Below, piece by piece: positions 12,801-23,776 of a DNA stretch of 64,000 nt. Each line of letters begins with the position of its first letter. Position 1 is the first letter of the stretch. The position numbers and the translations under genes are program-made. Under the pieces are notes generated by a model. The model did not search any database, had not been told where the DNA came from, and was given only the letters and a program-made list of their open reading frames with translations. This DNA comes from Lepidodermella squamata (lineage: Eukaryota > Animalia > Gastrotricha): NCBI GenBank assembly GCA_047495785.1, contig JBLDXI010000021.1:806001-870000 (forward strand). Direction: 5' to 3'.

Positions 12801-13549
12801 GTCGTCAGATTTTTTTGTCGTCGCCGTTCGCTCGATAGATTGCGCGCTGTGCGCGAGCGACTCATTAAAATAAATATATATAAAAACGATGAATGCGCGT
12901 GTGGTAATAATGATACGAAATTATTCATTATTATTGCTATGCCCTTGATTCTCTGTTGTGCGGCAGCGAATTCGGCTCGCGCCTCTTGGCTTTTCCTCCC
13001 CTCCGTGATTATATTCACCGCACCCTGCTGCCTGCTCGACCACTGTCTCGAATCATAACAATAATAATAATCACGATGATGTATCGAAATAACATTTTAT
13101 TTTTGTTGCTGTTTGGCGCCAACATGCAGTGGTTGTCAACAAAAACTCCGACACAGTCGCAGCAGTAATTGACGGCAATAGGGGCGCGCTCAACGAGGCG
13201 CGAGCGTGTGCGCGCAAATAATAAACAATCATAGAAAATAATGACGAGAAAAATCAGCACTTAACATTTCTCTATCGTATAAATATTATTCCTCTGTGAC
13301 TGGTGCCATGTGAGGAAAATAGAACCCTCGGAAATTCATGCTCAAGTATATTCCGCGAAGAAACTTGAATATTGTTTTGATCATCGAGTGTAAAAAACAA
13401 TAATTATTCGCTAAACGAAGCGGCAGCTGCCAAACGAGAGACATGCAATGGCTTGTCTAAAAATTGGAAGGCGAACATTTTTACTGAGCAAATAATTTTC
13501 CACGTTTTTATTAACAAAATATCAACCGTAAATTGACTAAAAATAAGCA

Positions 13550-16500
13550 TTATTTCTGCCGCTCCAGGTAGTCTGATAGTTCTCGAAGGTTTTTGAAGTT
13601 TAGCTTTTCGGCATTTTCGTCCTTGGTTAGTTTCGGCAGCGATCGGCCGGCGTTCTGCCGGAAATCATCGAAAGATCGAGGAGCCCCGCAAACCAGCCAT
13701 ATTAGCACGGAGGCTGAGCCGCAAATTCCGACGGCTAATAGGGTTCCAAGGCCAAGGGCTCGAAGTGCCAGCCTCCGGCCTTCTATTAGCAAGGCGACAT
13801 TCTCGCCCTGTATCGGGAGTTGTTTCTCGAGGAGTCTCGCATTCGAAGCGAGTTGAGCAGGCTGGAATATAGAAAACTTTCAAAAAGTGGGCTCAAGTAC
13901 CATTTTTCATCGGTTAGATTCAGGAGTCAATTGAAAAAAATAAAAAAAAAATTTGAATTTTAGCCCCAGGAATAATTAAAGTTAGCAGATAACCGTAGAG
14001 TAATGAGAATATGCCGGATCCAATTCTTTCTGCTAAGAATTTTGACATCACATTGATAAAAAAAAGGCTGGAATTTCGCATCATTTATTTTACTGATTCT
14101 TACACATTTCGATACAGTTTCCAAAGAAGAAATTATCAATATCACTTGTAGATTACAAATTCGAGTAACAATAAGCAATTAGCAATGCGTTGAGCAGAAT
14201 TCATCACTGAATATCAACTTCGCGAAAATCACACGATGCGGAAAAAGTGAAATTGCGAATGGTCAGCAAATAGACCGAAATCAGAAAGGCGAATTTTGAT
14301 AAGTCCGCAGTGAGCGATTTAGCCGGAGAAATCAAGACTGACTCTCAAAACTTTGCTATAGCTGCTTTCCGTCCAAGCGTTGACACACTTGCTGTCATCT
14401 CCTTCTTTATTGCTCTCATGTCATTCAGCTGACACAAATTTTAGCAAATCGGCTCGTACTCGTAATAATGATATTATAAACGTTCCAATGATTCCGATTG
14501 CACAATCTGTTACTCCTACTCAAAATGTTCGAACCGTCGTACCGCGTGACTGGTCTTATTCAAAGTTTAATGGAACTGTTTAGAATATGCACAAGTATAT
14601 ATTTTCACCATACACAGCGGTCAACCTCCGTCTTGAAATTTGGAAGCCGTTGCTCAACTAAAACGTCGTACTAACTTTTGCCCTCGAACATTGATTTTTC
14701 CCAACTTTTTCTGATTTAATACAACTGCGGAAGCGTTAATAAATAATCAAAATATTCCACTACGAATGAAGCCACATGGATAATAAAAATGTTCCCTTAG
14801 ACATTGTCATCGGTTTTCTGTTTTAGATTGTCAGCGTTCAAAATAATGGATTTCACCCGAATTCCAATTATCGTGATTTCAAAAATTTTCGACCATTTAT
14901 CTACCGAGGAAGTCTATCGAAATTGTTCCCTCGTTTGTATCAGTTGGATGAGAATCATGGCGTGCAAATACACCGCGCTTGGTTAAAGAAATTACTGACA
15001 GTGTTTGCGGATACGGAATCGACAACACTCGTTCGACTCTTTTTGATGCAACATCGGCCCTCAAGCATAACGAAGCTGCATTGGCCGCCGTAGATTATCA
15101 GAATAAAATACGTAGTAACATCCTAGCCCGCTCGGACTTGTGAACCCTCCCGAAGATCGTTGCCAGTACAGCTACAATTCCACAACGATGATCTTAAACT
15201 GCTTCGTATCGAAAAATGGGAAGCCGACTGGGATGCCTATTTTGTAGTGGCCTAGTCGTTCTATACTGGATTTCACCAATAATGAAGCTGCATTGGCCGC
15301 CGTGCAGGGAGAAGTCACCTTGCTGGCGCGTCAACAGCAACATTTAGCCGACGTTCTTCAGGAAGTGCATACCTCTCTTGCTGAATTGCTTGATGTTAAT
15401 CACTCCTGGAACGTTGGTCTACGCATAGTGTCTTACATTTAACTCGTATTTTAGTTCAGGATGCGTTTTTTCAACGCTTGTATCGTATTTTGTTAGGTTC
15501 TCGGTTAGGATCCTTGTCTTTAAGTGACCTGGATTATAATCTTCGTAGGAATTTGCTCGTTTCCCTCAAGTCTTATAATGCCTTGCCAGTCGATTCGACT
15601 ATCGAATTGCTGGAAAAAGGTTCTCCTATCTCGTCAAGGCCTCACGTGGAATTCCGTGGTTCGGAAAGTGGTTCTACGGGCATTGTTAATGCTATTATTT
15701 CTGCTCGTATACCCATCATTTCGGCCTCGGATTGCACTTTATCTAAGTTATCTCCCAGAGTAATTTCGACCCAAGCAGGTTGCTTAACGGCGCCTCGCTC
15801 TTTATTGGGCGAATTAGGAATTTTAACCTGTTCAGGCGAGAAACCATATTTAGTTCCATTGTCGTGCTTTAGTAAGTGCGAGACCGTAGGATCCAAACTG
15901 GCCTGACGTGTTTGCCCTGACGTGTTTTGCCCTACTAGAGCACAGCCTGACTGGTTACTTAATAATACTCAATTTTCTACTTCTACCTTAAATTTAGATT
16001 ACACTCTTCTTTTGTAGCCACAGAGGACACCTGGTGCCGATCGCTGCGCACTTTCATGCACCTGGGTGATAATCTCTTTCTTTTAACCCGAGCACAGGTC
16101 GTGGAATTAATTAATCCCGACGGCGTTGCAGAATCTTCGCAACTGTTGGCCGCAGGCAACATTTTCAAAATAGCCTGCGGGCAATCTCTTAGGGGAGATG
16201 ACCATATATTATACACCGCACATTTTGACGCTTGTACTTCTCAAGTAGACAGCACCCAACATTTTTTAAATATCTCTTCTACATTTGTTCAAATAGTTAC
16301 ACTAAATAAAACGTCGTGGTCTCATACCACTGACTTGATATCTGCGCAATCTTCAAGTTTAAGTGATCGATCAGAAAAATACCACAATAATTCTTCTAGC
16401 GAAATTCTTCAAAATGGTTTCTCTCACACCCGAGGGGTGATTTGAAGTGTGATGTAATATCGTGTCAGGAGACATAGGTTTCCGGAAGTATTTCTCACAA

Positions 16501-18528
16501 AACCTATGGCACCTGACACAATATCTTTTATATCTAGCTTTTATATTGAGTTTCAACTTTCAAGTCTCTGAAGTTCTAATATCAGTTAGTCGCAGTTACT
16601 ACGTAACAACATCAATATACCCCCTCCATCTTTTACCTTCCCACTACCCGCCTACATTTCTCGAGGTCAACCGCCCCCATCCTTCGCCGCTCCACTGCTA
16701 CAAGTTCTTTTTAAACTCGATACTACCTATTCTTCTATTGTCTATTATTCACATTTCACGAGTTGAATGTTTCCAGAATGAAAATTAACGACGTCTCTTT
16801 GTGAATCAAACGTGTCACAAAGTCAACAATCTCCTCAGAAATTGCCGATGTTCTTCTTGAATAAAAACATCCCTATATAAAGATTAAATATGGTTGAGTA
16901 GAAATGAAGATTTTACAAAATGACTTCGGTTGCGATCGACTTGGGTGACTTAATGCATGGTCTCAGAAGGAAATGGTATTCCTAGGACTCAACGAAATAA
17001 GGATTTCGCTTTCAAGACGCAGTGGCCACACCCGTATAACACAGTTGTCCTTATTCGCTTCAATTCCATTTGCAAGCTAACGCCAGAGGATCTAAAGATT
17101 TACCATACTTGCTATCGCAGAAACGACGAAGATAAAAACAATGTTAGCGGTGTCAAACAAGTGACGGGGATTTCAAAGGCTAAGATTTTCAATCATGTAT
17201 GGAACTTACCAGCAAGGATGAAAAAGTCAACTTAACACTAAACCTGATCGAATCGCGTAACTGAAAATAATCGAGTGAGGTTTTTCTGGCTTTTCCACTA
17301 AGTTTCAAGTCTACCTGCTGATCAGGAAGCAAACTGCTTTACGTAGTTAATATTTGGCAAAAATGGCAAATTAGTACGCGAAAATAGGAATAGAGGCGCA
17401 ACAAATGGGAAAGACTGTATTAGTAAAAGCAATTGGCACAAAATAGCCGACGGAATGGACAGGTCTCAAGGTTGAACTTCAGCTGGTTAAAAATCGAACT
17501 AGGATTTGAAAGAGGATTGCAACTGCGTGATGCAAGTCAGAATACTTGGCTACTCTACAAAACCAGCTACAACGTCTAACTTTCAACAGCCAGAAATAAG
17601 CAAATGTGGGATTCATTTCACTTGAGTGGTATAATGTTGTTAGTCTTCACTGAATAACGCGTTATGCTGGACAATGCACCAAAGGCAATGGGCATCACAT
17701 CAAAGTGGGTGATTTATTACCAAGCATGCATATTCACTTCATCATCTCGACCATCGCGGGTAGATAACTATGGGAATTATCGGAGCGTTATGCAACTTTC
17801 GCATTGTTCTTTTGATGCAACCTGCCGCGACCCGCGACAAGTCTGATATTATCAAGAGATCAAAACAAAGAAAACCGCAAAAACCCTCTTAAAAGTTGAA
17901 ATATTACGAGAGAAAGATGAATTGCATATGTCGTATGTAAAGTTGATCTAAAATCTGGGTGAAAATTCACATTACATGGGGCATTTTGGCCATGTATTAT
18001 CAAGAATAAATGATTATCAACTTTACATACGACACATATACCGCGAAATCCGCGAGAAAACCGCTAGCCGCTGATGATGGCTATCATCGGAATGGTTAGA
18101 TAAATTCAAGTAGGTTAACATCTAATGTTATATATTATTCTCAAGATTGAAAGTCTATTCGTCATATGGAAACATGAAAAGTATCCGGTGATTTATGTGA
18201 CAGTTGTGAGCTGTCACAACAAGCATTCAGACTTTGTTGCTGTTTTCTACTTGTTACTTATTATAATTAATTACCTTAATACGAACCATGAATTCGAGTC
18301 CAACTATAAAAAAAAACTCACATTATTAACTTGAGCCATTTCCGCGTCGTCTTCCTCTTCCATCGCGACTCGATTTTGGTCGCGGGCAATAGAACTCGAA
18401 GCCCAAGCTGCTCCACCAACACCAGCGGCTAACGCCAAAGTTCCAATAAAACCAGCACCAACTATCAGCGTCTTCTTACTCAAACCACCCCGTTTTTTAT
18501 CTCCATTTTCTTTCTCAATCTGACTCAT
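13550..18528 (-). CDS. TMEM242: Transmembrane protein 242 (exons 18528-18322, 13861-13550; 4460-nt intron)
   Basis: Exon 1 GAGFIGTLALAAGVGG and exon 2 LALRALGLGTLLAVG...FDDFRQNAGRSLPKL match the two TMEM242 hydrophobic blocks; a GTGAGT donor and a ttccag acceptor join them in phase 0. Confidence 0.8.
14846..14986 (+). pseudogene. Truncated F-box domain fragment
   Basis: MDFTRIPIIVISKIFDHLSTEEVYRNCSLVCISWMRI fits the F-box consensus (LP..IL..IF.YL....L...SLVC..W); preceded by a ttttag acceptor; stops after 46 codons. Confidence 0.7.
15067..15303 (+). repeat. 25-nt direct repeat (1 mismatch) flanking a 187-nt insertion
   Basis: ataaYgaagctgcattggccgccgt at 15067-15091 and 15279-15303. Confidence 0.85.
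17929..18034. repeat. Perfect 19-bp inverted repeat with 68-nt spacer (possible MITE relic)
   Basis: tgtcgtatgtaaagttgat (17929-17947) and atcaactttacatacgaca (18016-18034). Confidence 0.75.
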
Positions 18529-18656
18529 TTCAACAAGAAGTAAAATCGCAACAACTAAATGAAAATCAGCAACCAAAATTTTAATATCATTCATTTAAAA
18601 ATTCCGAACAATAGCAATATAATCAAGGCAAAAACGATTTTTCACATGCGAAAGCA

Positions 18657-20937
18657 TTATTTTGTTGACGAAAATTGTTGGTAAATAAACTCGTAAAGTT
18701 CAATAGTGGGCCGGCGTCGTGGCGAAACCAATACAACGTTCGAATAATAAGAAAGCAAAATCTGAAAAACTTGTCGGACCTCTAGTTTGCGCTCATTCGC
18801 CAAGAAATTGTGCATTTTCTCCAGGTCCGATTGAAGAACTGGGTCGGAAAACGTGAAATAAACAAGATCACGGCCTGCAATTGAAGCAGCGAGAAGCTGG
18901 ACTATAAATTTAAGTCGAGGATCGCCTCCAAAAACGCCGCATCCCCAATTTCCAGTAGCAACAGCCGAGGGAGGTGAGCCATTTTTCGACTCTTCGACCG
19001 GGTGAAACGCGACTAGGGCTTTCGTTAATTCACGGCGAATAAAATGCGGCTCAAATTGCTGAGATCTCGAGACAAAATGAGTGGCATCAGCAGCTACCAC
19101 ACGTGTGTCGATCCTGCCGAACTGATCTCGAGGAGTTTGGTCCTGGAAATCACCCGCCCATTGCAGCGATCCACCATAACCAGTGTATGAACTGAAACGT
19201 TCGCAGCCAGTGATAAGCACAGCTTCGTTATCTTCCATCCGTTCGACGATCAATCGCGATAGAATAAGTTCAGGGCAAATTAGGAATCTGATCTCCTCCT
19301 GCACAGCACCTTCATCCAAAACCCCACCACCGATGAACATATTGGCAAAATCCATTTGTAGCATGCCTATTCCGTCAGATTCAATCGTGCCCTCCGCGTA
19401 AATTTTGCATTTCGACAAATTTTCCGTGAAAGTTGACCAGCCAGGGTTCTTCGCAAGGCAATGACGGGCGAATGTTACGTAACCATCCGGCCGCTGGTCA
19501 AATTCTTTGGCGATGCGTCGAAAATAATGCACGATGAATTTCAGTTTCTCGCATTTCAAACGAAGCAAAGGATCCGAGTTATTTGCCTTTGAAAATATAT
19601 TATAAATATTTCGAAAATATTATGTTTAAAATATTTACTGTTCCCCTTCGCCTAGGAAATGAGTAAAGACCGTAGAAATTTATCGACGGGTAATCATCGG
19701 GTCGCCGTGGAAATGTGCAGAGAAAAGCATTAGCTATGACAAATTTTTATTGCAAAATCAAAATATATTGAGGAGGAATATTTACCAAGCAAACAAGCGA
19801 TTTGCTTCTGCGATAATGTGACCGACTGAGCTCGTTCGCGTTGAAGAAGCGGAATAGGAATTTCGAACATTTCAGGTATTGATAGGGCTAAGGAAACTAT
19901 CTTCGGCAGAATTAGCGAGAAAAATTCCTTGGTTTCGGCCGCTGTCATTTCGCTATTGAACAAATGATGCAGGCTCTCGAAGTTCAAATACTTGTTCAAA
20001 TGGTTGTAGCTAGAAAAATCATGGAAAATGGAATAAATAATTTATCCAAATAAACATGAAATACCTGGTTATGGCATCTTCAAGTTCGTAACTTGTCCGG
20101 ATAGGGTCTTTAAAGGCTTTCTTGACCATTTCCCATTTGGAAGTGAATTTTTTCTTTGATTCCGGGGAGACGCTATCTGAGCGTTCCATTGAATCCCGCT
20201 GGGAAAGAATCGACATCAATATTTTGCTTCTCGCATCAAAATCATCTCCCTTACTGGGCTTTCAGTTTCTTTGACAGGGTATACACACTTGCGACTGGCT
20301 GGTAAACGAACATGATCGTTGTCCCAAACATCCCAACCAGCGCTTATAGTTAACGACCCCTGTAAATCGGCTTATTTTCGGCATTGGGACGATTCAGGTA
20401 ATAACTTACAGCTTTACGGAACAATTCTGTGACGTTACACATTATAGGACCATTTTCTGTATTTCCCTCAACGTCTTCATCCTGCGAAAATTTCAATGCA
20501 TCATTTGACGATTTGTAACAAATCAAAGAAATCGTACATCTGGACGAGGAGGTGATTCTGCTACGAATGAAATCGTGCTACTTCGACTTTCATATTCAAT
20601 TTCCATTGTCTGATGTAGAACCGGTAAATCTTGGGCCAATTTCACGGGACTGGGAGTGCCGAGCTTTCTTGGGCTTCTTCTTAAAACAGTCTCAGTTTTG
20701 ACACTCAGAGCTTCTGACTCACTTGAAGCAGCTTTGACTTTATCTAAGGGCAGAAAATTAGTAGTAAGTAAGATACAATGATATTGATTTCCCGACTTTT
20801 CTTGAAGCAATAAATCAGGTCATCAATAGTTATTTCAGGCCGGTTATCAACTCACCAGGAGACTTTGATTTTCTGCCTTGAGACGAGCGCTTGAAAAATG
20901 AATCCAGGGTAGTTTGGCCAAGTTTCCTCTTCGACAT
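18657..20937 (-). CDS. PARG: Poly(ADP-ribose) glycohydrolase, multi-exon
   Basis: Catalytic DFANMFIGGGVLDEGAVQEEIRF, TGNWGCGVFGGD and LSQKQIACLL motifs; N-terminal PIP-box-like QTTLDSFF; several short GT-AG introns. Confidence 0.95.
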
Positions 20938-21099
20938 GATATTATTATTCATAAAACCAACTAATTTCAACATTAAAACGCTATTAATAAAATCATAAAA
21001 AACGCAAGCTTGAAAATAGCCACAACTTTTATTCAAAATAGAAACCAAAATCACAGGTTGGAAATTAGATGAAAACAATGAGAAAATAAGTGCGTTCTT

Positions 21100-21764
21100 T
21101 CATTTTTTAAAACATAGGGTACAGCCATCGGCCATAGTAAGAAAAGAAACATAAACGCGGTCATCTTTAGCCACAAAATCGTTGAATGCTTTGATAGCCA
21201 ATGTGTCTCGATCAAGTGCATTCGCGTTTAAAACTTGGCCCATCCACAGCGTATTATCAACGGCGATCAAACCGCCAGAACGAACTAGTTGAAGAGCTAA
21301 TTCGTAGTATTGGGAATATTGCAGTTTATCCGCATCGATGTAGCAGTAATCGAAGGAATTCGGGCCTTCGGATGCCAAAATTGATTTCATCGAATCAACA
21401 GCATCGCCCAGTTTGAATTTGATTTTATCAACGACGCCGGCCTCATTCCAAATTTCGAATGAACCGCATTGTTTGAGATATTTATCCGACACATCCAACG
21501 CATAAACTTGACCGTTTGACGGTAATGCTAAAGCAATTGATAGTGCGCTGTAACCAGTAAAAACACCGACGTCTAACGTTCGTTTGGCTCCAATTGCTAG
21601 CAAATGTTTTGTAAGAGCTGCATTTCATCGGCCGGTGTCATCATATAGCCATTGGAGAGTTTCAGGGTGGCTTCAATCAACTTTTTCTGGCCTGGATGTA
21701 ACTTGATTGAATGCTCGTAAGCGTATGCTTCTGTATCACTAAGATCGCCGCGAAATTTCGCCAT
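21100..21764 (-). CDS. COMTD1: Catechol/caffeoyl-CoA-type O-methyltransferase (COMTD1-like), with a 1-nt frameshift near 21604
   Basis: LDVGVFTGYSAL, YIDADK and GGLIAVDNTLW motifs; the N-terminal part MAKFRGD...EMQLLQNI lies in another frame; total length 665 nt is one short of a multiple of 3. Confidence 0.8.
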
Positions 21765-21832
21765 ATTTAAAAATTCTACACAAATAAATCAGGTTCAATA
21801 AATGTTTAATGGCACAATTTCCGTCGCATGAT

Positions 21833-23776
21833 TCAACGCTTTTTGTTTTTCTTCTTACCGATTTGATGACCGTAGAAATGGTTCATAAAAAAGCAAGCTT
21901 CCTCACTCATAGATCTGCTCAGTGGTATTTTGCTCATTGTTTGTTGAAAGTTTGAATATTCCTCGGTAAAACAATTTTTCAACTCACTCTGAACATCGGC
22001 ATCACCGCTAATCAATGGGATTACGGTTTTAACTAGGTGAGGCACAATGCTGTTTACGTCTTGTTGATCTTCTTTCAGCATTAACAAATTGCAAGTGACA
22101 AGAACCAATAGGGATCCGCTGAAAAATTCAGCAGCACATGAGTCTTCTTCGATGTCAAAGAGAGCTGCCAGATCGAGGGCGGCAATACAGAACGGTTGCC
22201 AGCATGCGAAAATATGGTTAACCCATGCAACAAATGGATTATCCGAGGCCTTTAAGCGGTGCAGACCAGCAAAAACGCGATCGAAGTCACAAGAGATTTT
22301 TCCGACTTTATCAAGTTGAATTATGGAGTAGCAGAGGGATATTGACGTTAAAAACGCTTCGCGAATAAATTCACTGACAGAACTGCAGTGTATCGTAGAT
22401 CCAAGCCAAGCTACGGTAATAGCTTTAAATAGGAAATTTTCTCCAACAGTTGAGCAATCGAATTCGAAATCATCTGTCAATGACTTGCAGAGATGAGCCT
22501 TTCGCTCGATCAAGGATTTTGATAAGATCGCTTCTCGCGACAGATTTGAGGGTCGAATCTCAATAGGCGCTGACGCAATGAATTTTCTTCCAACTCTTGA
22601 GAATTCAATGATGTTGACAATATCTTCGTTGTTATGGAATAGAATTCTGTACAGGTTTTGCCGAGCCGCTGATGAGACATCGTAGCAGCTCCGAAGGTCA
22701 GCGATTTCGAACAAAGATCGCAATAATACCCGTTGATGAACGATTGCATCGCCCGCAAATATGCGAAATAAACGGCACTCTCGAATCAATTCACCCATAA
22801 GGCCGAACTCTTCATCAACTGAGTCTTTGGGTAGACTATCAAAATAGAAACTGCGGAATGTCTCGACGACTTTTGAAAATGCAGGCCTGGAATTAGTCGG
22901 AATTCTTTGAAGTAGCTGAGCTAAAGCAGATTCCCATGGGTTGGAGTCGTACGCTGCGCGAAGCAGCACTCTGAAGACGGCCGAGACAGGGCCTTGAGAA
23001 AGACTAGAATCTTTAGCACCAGGAGAGCGTCTGAGCCTATATTGCATATCAGGAAAGTCGATGGCAGCTGCAAGTATGGGCAATAATTGAACCAATTTTT
23101 TGACAATGCCGTCAAGTTCCGTCTCTTTAACCGCACCCGTCTCCATGCAGCGCGAGACTAGAAATTTCACGAATCGCTGCTGAGAGAATACCTGACCAAT
23201 TAGAAATTTTTGACCAGTTGTCTCATCGACTTGCTCCCTGCAGTCGAAATAATCCAATACTACTACACCATGCGGCAGATCAAAGATGAAGAAGTCAGAA
23301 TCGTTCGTCATAACGTGACAATCTAGCTGATGAGCCAAACGAGCTAGCCACTGATCTGCACTCGACGTCGCAAAGTATGGAATTGATAACTGTCGAAGAG
23401 TTGCCACGAATACCTGCTCCGCCATAATTGGGGTCATCGACGAGCCCATCTTCAAATAGTCTCCAGAACCTGTCCATACTCGTTCCTTAGCTCTGGCAAG
23501 CTGAATTGCAGCGCGCGATTTGTCTGCATCTGAAGCATCTAGGACAACATGAGGCTTAATACCACAGCCTTCCAAATAGCCGAAGAATGACTTGACACAA
23601 GAGGAAAACTCATAATATTCCCCATTAAACTGCGTCTGAACCTTGAACGCGACATTGTAAATCCAGTGACACAAGTTCCAACCATCAATAACCAAGCTCT
23701 GATCGTATATTTTTTCTTCATCGAGAAGTTCCCTGGACCTTGAGTCAACAAAGTATGTAAGCCCTCTAATACCCAT
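21833..23776 (-). CDS. ASTE1: Asteroid homolog 1 (XPG/FEN1-like PIN nuclease)
   Basis: MGIRGLTYFV, LVIDGWNL and TNDSDFFIFD motifs; 647-aa single-exon ORF. Confidence 0.9.
   Translation of the reverse strand: MGIRGLTYFVDSRSRELLDEEKIYDQSLVIDGWNLCHWIYNVAFKVQTQFNGEYYEFSSCVKSFFGYLEGCGIKPHVVLDASDADKSRAAIQLARAKERVWTGSGDYLKMGSSMTPIMAEQVFVATLRQLSIPYFATSSADQWLARLAHQLDCHVMTNDSDFFIFDLPHGVVVLDYFDCREQVDETTGQKFLIGQVFSQQRFVKFLVSRCMETGAVKETELDGIVKKLVQLLPILAAAIDFPDMQYRLRRSPGAKDSSLSQGPVSAVFRVLLRAAYDSNPWESALAQLLQRIPTNSRPAFSKVVETFRSFYFDSLPKDSVDEEFGLMGELIRECRLFRIFAGDAIVHQRVLLRSLFEIADLRSCYDVSSAARQNLYRILFHNNEDIVNIIEFSRVGRKFIASAPIEIRPSNLSREAILSKSLIERKAHLCKSLTDDFEFDCSTVGENFLFKAITVAWLGSTIHCSSVSEFIREAFLTSISLCYSIIQLDKVGKISCDFDRVFAGLHRLKASDNPFVAWVNHIFACWQPFCIAALDLAALFDIEEDSCAAEFFSGSLLVLVTCNLLMLKEDQQDVNSIVPHLVKTVIPLISGDADVQSELKNCFTEEYSNFQQTMSKIPLSRSMSEEACFFMNHFYGHQIGKKKNKKR

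Larger units (their letters stand above)
14370..16560 (+). pseudogene. Decayed viral/retroelement envelope (class I fusion glycoprotein-like) remnant inside the TMEM242 intron
   Basis: Frame-broken pieces in the order hydrophobic leader (AVISFFIALMSFS), heptad helix (LFDATSALKHNEAALAAVQGEVTLLARQQQHLADVLQEVHTSLAELL), Cys-rich region (15478-15906), N-glycosylation sequons, hydrophobic tail (YLLYLAFILSF). Architecture only; no homology search. Confidence 0.4.

Noticed and set aside
9967-13260. Many 60-110 aa ORFs
   Set aside because: Low-complexity, overlapping on both strands, no domain motifs; by-products of GC-rich non-coding DNA.
18066-18100. Hammerhead-like CTGATGA...GGAA or Helitron-end hairpin
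   Set aside because: The GAAA core is broken, there is no convincing stem III, and no CTRR terminus sits at the expected distance.
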